A stretch of DNA of 38,099 nt from Candidatus Micrarchaeota archaeon (GCA_021792235.1 JAJYVC010000003.1:960-39058); one strand, 5' to 3'. Shown: positions 18,050-26,805, numbered from the stretch's first letter. The notes: generated from the letters alone by a model not told the origin. Translations and numbers: made by a program.

Positions 18050-18337
18050 ATGTCGCAGAGGTCGCACGGATTGTTTGTGGGAAGAACGAGGCAGCTTGCA
18101 AGGCACCACCGATTGTCCAGAATGGGAATAACAGGACTAATAAAAGAGTTCAAAATTGATGACAGAGTAGTGATACTCCCAAAGGGCAACTTCAAGAACA
18201 TACCTCATCCCAGGTACAAGGGAAGGGTGGGAAGGGTGATAGAGAAGAGAGGTGCCGCCTATGTCGTTGAGGTTGAAACCTCAAGGTCCAAATCAGCAAA
18301 GATAATAGTGCCTCAGGTGCACCTTGAGAAGGCATGA
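18050..18337 (+). CDS. rpl21e: 50S ribosomal protein L21e
   Basis: SHG....TR..L, F...D.V.I, PHPRYKGRVG.V...RG.AY.V.V, P.VHL. ATG 18050. Confidence 0.93.
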   Translation: MSQRSHGLFVGRTRQLARHHRLSRMGITGLIKEFKIDDRVVILPKGNFKNIPHPRYKGRVGRVIEKRGAAYVVEVETSRSKSAKIIVPQVHLEKA

Positions 18338-18392
18338 ACAGGCATCTGGCATAATGGAATCCTGACTTATTCTGCAGTCTGTTCGTACAAAA

Positions 18393-18445
18393 TACTTAAA
18401 TCCGCAGACAGCGGATTAGTACAATGCTGCAATTTTGCAGTTGTA
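18393..18445. other. Two adjacent inverted repeats between rpl21e and the HAD gene (terminator or operator candidates)
   Basis: TACT..AATCCGC-agaca-GCGGATT-AGTA and TACAA..CTGCAA-tt-TTGCAG-TTGTA. Confidence 0.4.
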
Positions 18446-18463
18446 AAGGCGATAAAAGATATC

Positions 18464-19117
18464 ATGAAACCATACAAGCATATATTCTTCGACTGGGATG
18501 GCTGCGTAGCCGACACTCTGGGCATGTGGTTCAGCGCGATAGACTCTTCGCTGGACGAATGCAGGATACGTCATTCAGAACGTGATGTACTCTTCCTTCT
18601 GAACAATCTCTATACTGGTGCCATGCGGCTTGGAATGAATCATGACGAATACGGGGTGTTCAAGAAAATGGTCTATGAAAAGGGCGAGGCAAACGCTGAA
18701 AATGTCCGTTTGTACGAAGGTGCAGAACAGCTGCTTGGTAGACTCAAGGCAGGCGGCAAGAGCATCGCGCTTATATCGAGCGGTTCAAGGGGGCCTCTTG
18801 ACCGCATGCTCAGGATCACTGGAGCGAGGTGGTATTTCGATTTAGTGGTCAGCGGATCCGACGTCGAGAATAGGAAACCGGATCCCGAGGGCATAGCGCT
18901 TGCGCTTGCTAAGTTGGGATCTGAGAAGAACGAAGCCATAATGGTCGGGGACTCGGATCATGACCTTGAAGCTGCGAGAAATGCAGGCATAGATTCGGTG
19001 CTCTTTTACCCTGACACCCACTCGTCCTTCTACGATCTGCAGCTTCTAAAGACCTCAAGGCCAACCTACACTGTAAGCAGATTCGACGAACTTGCCCGGA
19101 TACTTATACTGGGTTAG
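18464..19117 (+). CDS. HAD-superfamily hydrolase (phosphoglycolate phosphatase-like, subfamily IA)
   Basis: FDWDGCVAD, ISS, RKPDPEG, MVGDSDHDLEAARNAG. Confidence 0.9.
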   Translation: MKPYKHIFFDWDGCVADTLGMWFSAIDSSLDECRIRHSERDVLFLLNNLYTGAMRLGMNHDEYGVFKKMVYEKGEANAENVRLYEGAEQLLGRLKAGGKSIALISSGSRGPLDRMLRITGARWYFDLVVSGSDVENRKPDPEGIALALAKLGSEKNEAIMVGDSDHDLEAARNAGIDSVLFYPDTHSSFYDLQLLKTSRPTYTVSRFDELARILILG

Positions 19118-19692
19118 AAGTGCTCCCTTGCAGGAGGCTTGGTCAGGATGTAGAACCTGCTGTCTCCCTTGAGCTCAAGTATAACTCTTTCGGTCAGAAG
19201 CTTGACGGGATCCTGCAGAAGGGGTACGCGCTTAGATATATCCTCAAAATTCTCGAACGGTTTTTCGTCCCTCGCGTCAAGCAGGGCTGCGAGGTGCTTC
19301 TTGCCTATGCCTGGAAGTAGCTCCAGCGAGTGCACCCTTATGTTCAATGGACCTGCGCTGTTGAATATGGCTACGAATTTCTTCTCGTTGCCTTTTATCA
19401 GGTTGCTTACTGCAGTGTGAAGCTCGTTCTTCGAGACCTCTGTAAGATCATTGAACATCAATCGTCCTTTTATTATTGCTATCTTGTCCCTTTCACCCTT
19501 GCCTATGTACACCCTCTCACCTATTCTTATGTCAGGGCTCTTTGGCACTGCCTCAAGGAGCGTGAACTTCTCTTCGCCTATCATCTGCACTACCGGTTCA
19601 GATCTAACTGAGGTTGACCTGCCTGTAGGAAGGAAGTCTAGCACTATTGCATATTCTTCAAGATTCTCCCTTCTCTGCTCTAGCTCCTGCAT
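19114..19692 (-). CDS. DUF655-family predicted RNA-binding protein
   Basis: EEYAIVLDFLP.G, QMIGE..FTLLE, RVYIGKG.R, HSLELLPGIGKK, F..F.D. This family normally lies downstream of rpoF. Confidence 0.9.
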   Translation of the reverse strand: MQELEQRRENLEEYAIVLDFLPTGRSTSVRSEPVVQMIGEEKFTLLEAVPKSPDIRIGERVYIGKGERDKIAIIKGRLMFNDLTEVSKNELHTAVSNLIKGNEKKFVAIFNSAGPLNIRVHSLELLPGIGKKHLAALLDARDEKPFENFEDISKRVPLLQDPVKLLTERVILELKGDSRFYILTKPPAREHF

Positions 19693-19713
19693 CACAACAC
19701 CCCAAAACAAAAG

Positions 19714-20055
19714 TTATTTAGAATAGCTCTTCACTACGGCAAGTATCTTGTTCACTGTCTCGTCTTCCGCAGGCTGCCTGTTCTTGTCCATTGCAAGGAT
19801 CAGCTTGGCAAGGCTGGCGTCGTCCGGCATTATTTCTATGAACTTGAGGGCAAGTCTCTCGTCAAGCCCGAGCTCCTCGAGCTCCTTCTTCATCCTCTTG
19901 GCATCAGATCCCTTCAGCTTGGAGAACCTGCCAGCGTACTCGTAAGCAAGCGTCTGCTCGTAGCCAAGCTCGCCCTCCTTCTTTCTGTCCTCTAGTATGT
20001 CGAGGACTTCGGGCACGGAGACTAGCTTGCCACCATATTTCTTCTTTCCTGCCAT
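19714..20055 (-). CDS. rpoF: RNA polymerase subunit F (Rpo4)
   Basis: VS.PEV..IL, ELGYEQ..A.EY...FSKL, A.K..EI.P. Adjacent to DUF655. Confidence 0.85.
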   Translation of the reverse strand: MAGKKKYGGKLVSVPEVLDILEDRKKEGELGYEQTLAYEYAGRFSKLKGSDAKRMKKELEELGLDERLALKFIEIMPDDASLAKLILAMDKNRQPAEDETVNKILAVVKSYSK

Positions 20056-20179
20056 GAATAGCACCTTAAGCCAGCTATATTATGCCTGATGCTTAATTTA
20101 AACCTTTTGTATGGCCGGCGCAGGGCATACCAAAAACTGAAGTAAACGCTTATAAACAATGAATGATCTCCTATGAGCA

Positions 20180-21196
20180 GTGCAGGTTATGGATGGAAGC
20201 GAAGTTTCAATAGTGTCAATTGCCAACACAATGCTAATAGATGCCATACTCGGATCAAACAGCGTTGATGAGGCAAGCCTTGCAATAAGGCTTGGCGCAG
20301 ATGTCAACTCACTTAACCCTGTGGACATAATACACAACGGGGTGAAAAGGACCGTCGGCGTCACTCCGCTTATGGGCAGTGTCACTAGATCTGGCAGGGA
20401 TCCAAGGATAGTTGAGCTGCTGCTTGAGAACGGTGCAGACCCGACCTACCACAAGGCCACCAGCAGGACAGGCGTCATACACCTTGCAGCATATTCCTGC
20501 ACTCCAGAGATAATCAACGCCCTTGTCCGGTCCAAGCTTGTCGATGTCAATTTGCCTGACAATGATGAAACAACCCCGTTAGTATATGCTATAAAGGCCC
20601 GCAAGCCACAGAACATGAGGGCACTTCTGGATGCAGGCGCAGACGTGAATTACGGAGGACCAGAAGGAATACTGCCGGTGATCGAGGCTACGAAGGGCAA
20701 TGATGATCATGCACTGTCCATCCTTTTCGAGTACGGGGTAAATGTCAATGTGAGGGACAGCGAATTGGCATCGCCTCTGCATTATGCTGCCATGCTCAAC
20801 AACACGGGCATAGCGAGGATGCTTATTAGGAAGGGTGCAGACCTCGATGCAATGGATGGAAACGCGCAGACGCCGCTGCTCAGGGCATGCTTTGACGGAA
20901 ATGCCGATGTCGCAAAGGTTCTGGCAGATGCTGGTGCTGATGTTAACGCAAAGGATGTTGCAGGAATGACTCCGCTAATGCTTGCTGTAAAGTCGGGTGA
21001 TGCTGAACTTGCAGCTTATCTAATTTCGAAATCAGCCGACGTGAGGGCGGTCGATGCGCAGGGCTACGACGCGCTAACTTATGCATATGCAAAGAGAGAC
21101 AATGGGCCTCTGGTAAAGCTGCTGAGGGATGGTAACGAGGCAGCATTGCAGCTCAGGAGAGACGGCATTTCTACAGAAAGAAGAAAGGTAAAATAG
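20180..21196 (+). CDS. Ankyrin-repeat protein
   Basis: About 8 repeats of the TPL..A....N...V..LL..GAD.N type (e.g. SPLHYAA, TPLLRA, TPLMLA). Confidence 0.92.
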   Translation: MQVMDGSEVSIVSIANTMLIDAILGSNSVDEASLAIRLGADVNSLNPVDIIHNGVKRTVGVTPLMGSVTRSGRDPRIVELLLENGADPTYHKATSRTGVIHLAAYSCTPEIINALVRSKLVDVNLPDNDETTPLVYAIKARKPQNMRALLDAGADVNYGGPEGILPVIEATKGNDDHALSILFEYGVNVNVRDSELASPLHYAAMLNNTGIARMLIRKGADLDAMDGNAQTPLLRACFDGNADVAKVLADAGADVNAKDVAGMTPLMLAVKSGDAELAAYLISKSADVRAVDAQGYDALTYAYAKRDNGPLVKLLRDGNEAALQLRRDGISTERRKVK

Positions 21197-21221
21197 ATGG
21201 ATCTTATAAAGCTGCTATCTG

Positions 21222-22133
21222 GTGCATGGCGTGGTAAAAGAAGCAGACAATGAGATACTCCGCGATCTTGCGCATTCGCTTCTTCGGGATGCCGTAAAAG
21301 ACAATGATCCTGTTCAGGTCGGGATCGCCCTGAGGCTTGGCGCCAACGTCCTGGAGCCTGTGGAATTTGGCACATTGAAGACGTCCAGGGGAACAGTGAC
21401 TGATTCCGCCACGCCACTAATAGCTGCAGTGTCTAGGAAGGATGCGAGTGCAGAGGTTGTAAGGCAGCTCCTAGACGCAGGCGCAGATGCTAACTCATCG
21501 GAACATGGCATCAGCCCACCAATCCACCGGGCGGCGTATTACAACAACACGGAGGTGACAAAGCTGCTCGCAGAGCGCGGGGCCGATGTGAATTTGCAGG
21601 ACAGGTTGGGCAAGACATCGTTGGCATGGGCCGCGCAGGCCGGCAGCACTGCGGCAGCCATAATCCTATTGGAACACGGTGCAGATCCTGAGATAGCCAC
21701 CAATGACAATGAGAAGCCGTTGGCTATAGCGATGAAGAATGCAAGACTTGATTTCTCAGAGATGCTGTTGCTCAAAGGTGCATCGGCAAATACAACAGAC
21801 AGATACGGAAATCCGGTGCTCCACATGGCGATAGGAAGGAACAGTCTCAGGCTCTCCTCTCTGATGGTGCTGAAGGGTGCCGATGTAAATGCAAGGGACA
21901 ATTCAGGCAACACTCCTCTAATACTCGCAGTGATATCTGGCAATGCGGCGATATGCAAGAAGTTGCTCGATGCTGGTGCCGATCCGATGCTCTCTGACAA
22001 AGCCGGCAAGAGCGCGTCGCAGTACGCTGCCCTCTCTCCAGACCCTATAATAAATGTCCTGTTTAGAAATGTCACCGCACAGAAACAGCTTGGAAGCCAA
22101 GGACCAGCGGCGGTGCGCAGGAAGATAAGCTGA
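21222..22133 (+). CDS. Ankyrin-repeat protein (tandem paralog)
   Basis: TPLIAA, PPIHRAA, TSLAWAA, KPLAIA, PVLHMA, TPLILA with GADVN linkers. Confidence 0.92.
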   Translation: MHGVVKEADNEILRDLAHSLLRDAVKDNDPVQVGIALRLGANVLEPVEFGTLKTSRGTVTDSATPLIAAVSRKDASAEVVRQLLDAGADANSSEHGISPPIHRAAYYNNTEVTKLLAERGADVNLQDRLGKTSLAWAAQAGSTAAAIILLEHGADPEIATNDNEKPLAIAMKNARLDFSEMLLLKGASANTTDRYGNPVLHMAIGRNSLRLSSLMVLKGADVNARDNSGNTPLILAVISGNAAICKKLLDAGADPMLSDKAGKSASQYAALSPDPIINVLFRNVTAQKQLGSQGPAAVRRKIS

Positions 22134-22181
22134 CCATCAATCTTTAAAGCTTTAATCACTATTCCTTTAAATGCTGATAAA

Positions 22182-23093
22182 GTGATCGATGCAAAAGATG
22201 CGTATCAGAAGGTTGAAGAGGAGGTAAAGAAGCACATAGCAGGCAAGACCGAGGTTATAGAGCTGCTGTTCATAGGGCTCCTGGCCAACGGCCATGTGTT
22301 GCTAGAGGGGGTGCCAGGGGTTGCAAAGACGACCATGAGCAAGGCTCTGGCAAGCACGATACAGGCTGATTTCAAGAGGATACAGTGCATGCCCGACATC
22401 ATACCTGAGGACATACTAGGGCAGGCGTATTATGATGAGAACAGGGATCTAAAGATAAAGAAGGGCCCGATATTCACAAACATACTGCTTGCGGATGAAC
22501 TCAACAGGGCCCCAACGAAGACTATGGCTGCATTCCTAGAAGCACTTGAGGAGAGGCAGGTATCCATAGGTGGCGCGGATCTCCCCCTGCCGAAGCCATT
22601 CATGGCCATAGCCACGCAGAACCCGCTTACCATAGAAGGCACCAGCCCGCTTCCAAAAGTACTTGCGGACAGGTTCATAATGCGCATAGCAGTCACTTAC
22701 CCGTCACTTGAGGAGGAAGAATCCATGCTGAGACTCAAGGAAGCAGAGGATAAGGTCATGACTAAAAAGGTGCTAACCCCTACTGACATACTGGACCTGC
22801 AGGAGCAGGTGAAGTCAGTTGCATTCCCCGAAGATGTCGGCGAGTATGTCGCGCGCCTTGTGGACGCATCAAGGACAGAAATGCACATAGTAATGGGTGC
22901 AAGCCCCAGGGCAGATCTTTCATTCATGATGTGCGGCAAGGCCAAGGCGCTAATAGAGGGTAGGAAGGAAGTAACCAAAGATGACATAAGAGCTCTCGCA
23001 AAGCCTGTTTTGAGCCACAGGATAGTCGTCAGGTCGACAGGAGGAATAGGGGTAAACGGCATAATCGACGGCATACTTGCGAGCAACAGGTAG
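22182..23093 (+). CDS. MoxR-family AAA+ ATPase
   Basis: GHVLLEGVPGVAKT, RIQC.PD..P.D, GPIF.N.LLADELNRAP, ATQNP..IEGT.PLP, GASPRA, VL.HR. Confidence 0.93.
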   Translation: MIDAKDAYQKVEEEVKKHIAGKTEVIELLFIGLLANGHVLLEGVPGVAKTTMSKALASTIQADFKRIQCMPDIIPEDILGQAYYDENRDLKIKKGPIFTNILLADELNRAPTKTMAAFLEALEERQVSIGGADLPLPKPFMAIATQNPLTIEGTSPLPKVLADRFIMRIAVTYPSLEEEESMLRLKEAEDKVMTKKVLTPTDILDLQEQVKSVAFPEDVGEYVARLVDASRTEMHIVMGASPRADLSFMMCGKAKALIEGRKEVTKDDIRALAKPVLSHRIVVRSTGGIGVNGIIDGILASNR

Positions 23094-23687
23094 TTATTTC
23101 TCGGTTATGCCCATGAGCAGTTCATGGCTCCTGAGGGAATCACTCTTGCTCACGACGAGCAGGGTTTCTGTATAGCAGGAAACGAACTCTATTATGTTTA
23201 TGTTCTGCTCGGCGAGCAGCGAGGCTATGAATGCGACGAAACCTGGAAGTGCCTCAAGCCTCTCCTCTGAATGTATTATTATCGCTGATGCGTCGGAGGT
23301 CACTTTTATTGTGCCCCTGTCCTTCTTTAGTCTCTTCAGCTCTGTATCGTCGGATACGAGGTACACGTAGTAATCGCTCAGCTTTATCTTGCCGCTCTTA
23401 GCCGCATCGATGTCCGAAGTCGATATAACTACAGATATACCGCTGCTTATGGTCACCCTGCTCTGGCTAAGTATCGATGTCGCATGCTTCTCTATGTTGA
23501 TGTCCTTATCGCGCAGCTCAGCGGCATACCTCCTTAGCGCACCCTTTATGGCATGGTAATTCCTCACCTGAAGGTCGCGCTGTATTATACGTGCAAGAGC
23601 GCTGTAATTGACTATGCTCCGCTCAAGCGCTTCAAGCGTGTACGGCTTGTTCTTGAGATAAACCCTTACCATGTCAGCTATGGTCAT
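23094..23687 (-). CDS. ACT-domain protein with a helical N-terminal domain; putative amino-acid-responsive regulator
   Basis: N-terminal TIAD.VR.YL...P...EAL...IVNYSALAR.I......AI..ALRRY. C-terminal ACT-like PGFVAFIASLLAEQNINIIEFVSCYTETLLVV. ATG 23687 is preceded by SD-like GGGTGA. Confidence 0.78.
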   Translation of the reverse strand: MTIADMVRVYLKNKPYTLEALERSIVNYSALARIIQRDLQVRNYHAIKGALRRYAAELRDKDINIEKHATSILSQSRVTISSGISVVISTSDIDAAKSGKIKLSDYYVYLVSDDTELKRLKKDRGTIKVTSDASAIIIHSEERLEALPGFVAFIASLLAEQNINIIEFVSCYTETLLVVSKSDSLRSHELLMGITEK

Positions 23688-23703
23688 TGTATCACCCGAT
23701 ACA
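23688..23703. promoter_or_regulatory. Palindromic operator candidate, site 1 (TGTATC-ACCC-GATACA)
   Basis: Perfect 6-4-6 inverted repeat abutting the ACT-gene start codon, in the divergent promoter region. Confidence 0.55.
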
Positions 23704-23772
23704 AAATATACTAATATTGAACAGGACAAAGCTTATATATCTCAAGCAATAACGGACCCTTAAGGGGAAGAC

Positions 23773-24114
23773 ATGGTAGTAAATAAGCCTATATCAATAA
23801 CGAAAAGCACCCAAGCTGACATTCCAAGGATAGCCGCGCTTCTGGGCGCGGAAAGTTCTGCAGCTCTGAGGTCAAGACTTCAGGAAGTCATACGCGATGG
23901 GTTGTCTGTAATTGCAAAGACCGATTCTGGAGAAGTCGTTGGCCATGGCTATGTATTCAATGGCAAGGATGGAGAAGCGCTGTACGTTGCCGTTTCTGAC
24001 AAAAGCCCGTCAGTTCTGCGTAATGACATAGAAGGCGCATTGAGGAAGATATTGAGGCCTGAGCAGGAGGAGTTCAGAGACTACGTGCCTCTCCCAGGTA
24101 CCTGCGACAAATAG
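23773..24114 (+). CDS. Short, degenerate GNAT-like paralog lacking the acetyl-CoA motif
   Basis: ITKSTQADIPRI and GLSVIAKTDSGEVVGH match GLSFVAKTDSGEIVGH of the downstream GNAT. It has no RGNG loop. Confidence 0.6.
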   Translation: MVVNKPISITKSTQADIPRIAALLGAESSAALRSRLQEVIRDGLSVIAKTDSGEVVGHGYVFNGKDGEALYVAVSDKSPSVLRNDIEGALRKILRPEQEEFRDYVPLPGTCDK

Positions 24115-24230
24115 AATAATCAAATTTGCGAACAACTCCCCTAGAAGGTATCTGTTGTTTATAAGCAATGATGCCGTAGCTTTGCAGTTCTTGTTTAAGT
24201 TGAAAACCGTTTTGCAAAGTTAAGGTTTAT

Positions 24231-24246
24231 TATATCAAATGATACA
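24231..24246. promoter_or_regulatory. Palindromic operator candidate, site 2 (TATATC-AAAT-GATACA)
   Basis: Followed by TAAATATGCCGCAAT at 24266 and TATA-like TTATAAA, upstream of GNAT1. Confidence 0.55.
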
Positions 24247-24313
24247 TTATAGCTCAATTATTGCATAAATATGCCGCAATTATTATAAAGCCTAAAACCT
24301 ACAACATCTACAG

Positions 24314-24886
24314 ATGCATATGGCGAATATCGAGAAGGCATGCACGGCGCAGCTTGGCATACTCGCAAAGGAAAAACGCAGCGTTGGGTTTCACATAGCT
24401 CCTGCAAGAGTTTCCGATGCTGCAGAGATAACCGGAATGATTAACAACGAGGCTGAGCTCTCAGGAGCGGTAATCAAAGTAACGCAAAAAGAGGTTGAGG
24501 GATGGATAGATGGCGGGCTTTCCTTCGTTGCAAAGGCAGGCACACGGATAGTCGGGCACACTGCGGGATGCATCTGGCCTAAGTCGGGCATTGCAGAGCA
24601 TAGGGCAGTTGTGGTGCTTCCGGAATACCGCGGCAACGGCATAAACACCGCCCTCACGTCGGCATTCGTGCAGCGGCTCATAGAGCAGGATCCCCACATA
24701 ACCATAATATCCCTCAAGAATTCCAATGCAAGCGAGGCAGCCAAGAAAGCTGTACTCAAGTCAGGATTCTGCAAGATAGATGTGAATGAGCTTCCAGATG
24801 AGATATTCGACGGCCCGACCTCCCGCGACCAGTATGCTGCATACGCTTTCAACTACTCTGAAGTGAAGGCGCTTGCGCGCTCTTGA
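24314..24886 (+). CDS. GNAT N-acetyltransferase, short ArgA-like
   Basis: A.VSD..EI..MIN, FVAK...IVGH, IW....AEHRAVVVLPEYRGNGI. Confidence 0.85.
   Translation: MHMANIEKACTAQLGILAKEKRSVGFHIAPARVSDAAEITGMINNEAELSGAVIKVTQKEVEGWIDGGLSFVAKAGTRIVGHTAGCIWPKSGIAEHRAVVVLPEYRGNGINTALTSAFVQRLIEQDPHITIISLKNSNASEAAKKAVLKSGFCKIDVNELPDEIFDGPTSRDQYAAYAFNYSEVKALARS
24618..24647 (+). repeat. 30-bp exact direct repeat, copy 1 (copy 2 at 25271..25300)
   Basis: TTCCGGAATACCGCGGCAACGGCATAAACA is identical in both GNAT genes and encodes PEYRGNGIN. Confidence 0.9.
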
Positions 24887-24907
24887 AATTATCGGATAAA
24901 ATGTCAT

Positions 24908-24923
24908 TGTATCATCTGATATC
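24908..24923. promoter_or_regulatory. Palindromic operator candidate, site 3 (TGTATC-ATCT-GATATC)
   Basis: Followed by TAAATATGCCACAAT at 24943 (same 35-bp offset as site 2) and TATA-like TTTATATA, upstream of GNAT2. Confidence 0.55.
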
Positions 24924-24996
24924 TTTTTGTTCGATTTTGTGTTAAATATGCCACAATATTTATATACAAATTTTGCCTAATTCTAATGATAATGAA

Positions 24997-25539
24997 ATGG
25001 CAGCTCTCCTAAAACCGCAGAATGCCAACGTAGTAAAGGTGCACTTATCTGCTTCTACTGAGAAAGATGCGGCAAAGATAACTGGGATTATAAATGAGGA
25101 ATCCAAGAGGTCAGGCGCCGTACTGCACGTTTTTGAGGATGAGGTTAAGGGATGGATAAAGGAGGGGCTCTCCTTCGTGGCAAAAACAGACTCGGGAGAG
25201 ATAGTGGGCCATCATGCTGCGTCGGTATGGTCCGGTTCTGGATGGGTTGAACTGCGTGCAGCGGTTGTAATTCCGGAATACCGCGGCAACGGCATAAACA
25301 AGCACCTCAAGGAGGCAATAATGGATGCAATAACCGAAAAGTACCCAAATGCAACAATAGTATCGGTAAAGAACAAGTCGAGCAACGGCAGGCAGGTGCT
25401 CGGCGAACTGGGATTCAAGCAGATTGATCCGTCAGAAGCACCAAATGAGCTTTTCGGTATAGGTCCTGTAGGCGAGGCGTACGATATTTATGTTTATACT
25501 CCTTCTAAGGATATTGTAAAGCAGCTCGTACGCGCCTAG
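24997..25539 (+). CDS. GNAT N-acetyltransferase, short ArgA-like (tandem paralog)
   Basis: DAAKITGIINEE...SGAV, GLSFVAK, VW...WVELRAAVVIPEYRGNGI. ATG 24997 preferred. Confidence 0.85.
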   Translation: MAALLKPQNANVVKVHLSASTEKDAAKITGIINEESKRSGAVLHVFEDEVKGWIKEGLSFVAKTDSGEIVGHHAASVWSGSGWVELRAAVVIPEYRGNGINKHLKEAIMDAITEKYPNATIVSVKNKSSNGRQVLGELGFKQIDPSEAPNELFGIGPVGEAYDIYVYTPSKDIVKQLVRA

Positions 25540-25570
25540 GCGTTAGGAGCACTCTGAACCGGTTGTTGCA

Positions 25571-26671
25571 ATGCACAGCATCGACGTAGTTAAACTGACA
25601 AGTGACTTGGTGAACATACGTTCGCAAAGCGAATATGATGGGGAAGCAGGCGTAGCGAAGTACATAACAGAATACTTGGATGATCTAGGCATAGTGTCTG
25701 AAACCACCGAATTCTCAAAAGGAAGGTGCAGCGTAACTGCCTCAATTGGCAAAGGCGAAGGGCTAATGCTCAATGGCCACATAGATACGGTGCCTATAGG
25801 TGATGAACGCAAATGGAAATACGGCACAGAGGCCAAGGCAGTTAACGGAAAGCTGTACGGAAGGGGCACATCAGACATGAAGGGAGGCGTTGCAGCGATA
25901 CTTGCCTCGCTGCCAAGCATAAGCAAATCGCATCTGCGCAGGAGGCTGCTCCTCACCTTCGTTGCAGACGAGGAAGTAAGTTCCAGGGGATCGGAATGGC
26001 TCATCAAGAACAGGCCAATGCTCTTCAACCGAGTGAGATATGGCATAGTGGCCGAGCCTACCGACATGAACGTACAGGTGGCGCAGAAGGGCCACGTAGT
26101 CGTTGATGTCACTGCCAAAGGTCTAAGCGCACACGGATCAAAGCCAGAGCTTGGGCACAATGCGATAGTTGACATGTCGAAATTCATAATGTCGCTTGGC
26201 AGGCTGAAATTTAAGACAAGGGACAGGGTGCTAGGAAAGGGCACTGTGAATGTAGGCAGGATAAGCGGTGGCACAGCAGTAAACATAGTGCCAGATCTAT
26301 GCGAGATAAGCATCGATAGACGTCTAGTTCCTGGCGAAACTGACACCATTGCTTCGAGTCAGATAAAATCAATACTAAATTCCCTCGGCATAAGCTATGA
26401 AATAAAGACAAGAGGCTATAGGAAGCCTTTTGCCCTCAAGCCGGATTCGTACATAGTACGTCTGCTCAGGAGCATAGTATCAAGCAATCTGACAGGCTCT
26501 ACAGGTTATACTGAGGCAGAGCTGTACAACGCCAAGGCAGGCATAGAATGCGTCGTGTTCGGTCCAGGCACCAAGAACATAATCCATAAGCCAGACGAAT
26601 ACGTAAGCATATTGAACCTAGAGAAATCAAAGAAGTATTTCTCAATGGTAATGCAGAAATGGTGCATCTGA
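25571..26671 (+). CDS. M20 metallo-deacylase, ArgE/DapE family
   Basis: NGHIDTV, GRGTSDMKGG, DEE, AEPT, SAHGS.P, GG..VN.VP, FGPG...IH.PDE. Confidence 0.9.
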   Translation: MHSIDVVKLTSDLVNIRSQSEYDGEAGVAKYITEYLDDLGIVSETTEFSKGRCSVTASIGKGEGLMLNGHIDTVPIGDERKWKYGTEAKAVNGKLYGRGTSDMKGGVAAILASLPSISKSHLRRRLLLTFVADEEVSSRGSEWLIKNRPMLFNRVRYGIVAEPTDMNVQVAQKGHVVVDVTAKGLSAHGSKPELGHNAIVDMSKFIMSLGRLKFKTRDRVLGKGTVNVGRISGGTAVNIVPDLCEISIDRRLVPGETDTIASSQIKSILNSLGISYEIKTRGYRKPFALKPDSYIVRLLRSIVSSNLTGSTGYTEAELYNAKAGIECVVFGPGTKNIIHKPDEYVSILNLEKSKKYFSMVMQKWCI

Positions 26672-26730
26672 ATCTATCATACGCATTCAAAGACTTTATA
26701 ATAATACAATACAATATCCTAATGCAAAAT

Positions 26731-26805
26731 GGGCCTGTAGCTCAGCTTGGATAGAGCGGAACCGTCCTAAGGTTAAGGTCGCGGGTTCAAATCCCGTCAG
26801 GCCCG
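26731..26805 (+). tRNA. tRNA-Arg(CCT)
   Basis: Acceptor GGGCCTG/CAGGCCC, D stem GCTC/GAGC, anticodon arm AACC-GTCCTAA-GGTT, T arm GCGGG-TTCAAAT-CCCGT. Followed by a T-run. Confidence 0.9.

Noticed and set aside
18338-18463. Fluoride riboswitch upstream of the HAD hydrolase
   Set aside because: Hairpins are present, but I could not find the GATG...CTGATG core or the pseudoknot pairing.
26761-26775. Possible amber-suppressor (CTA) reading of the tRNA at 26731
   Set aside because: The AACC/GGTT stem fixes the loop as GTCCTAA, so the anticodon is CCT. A CTA register has no stem.
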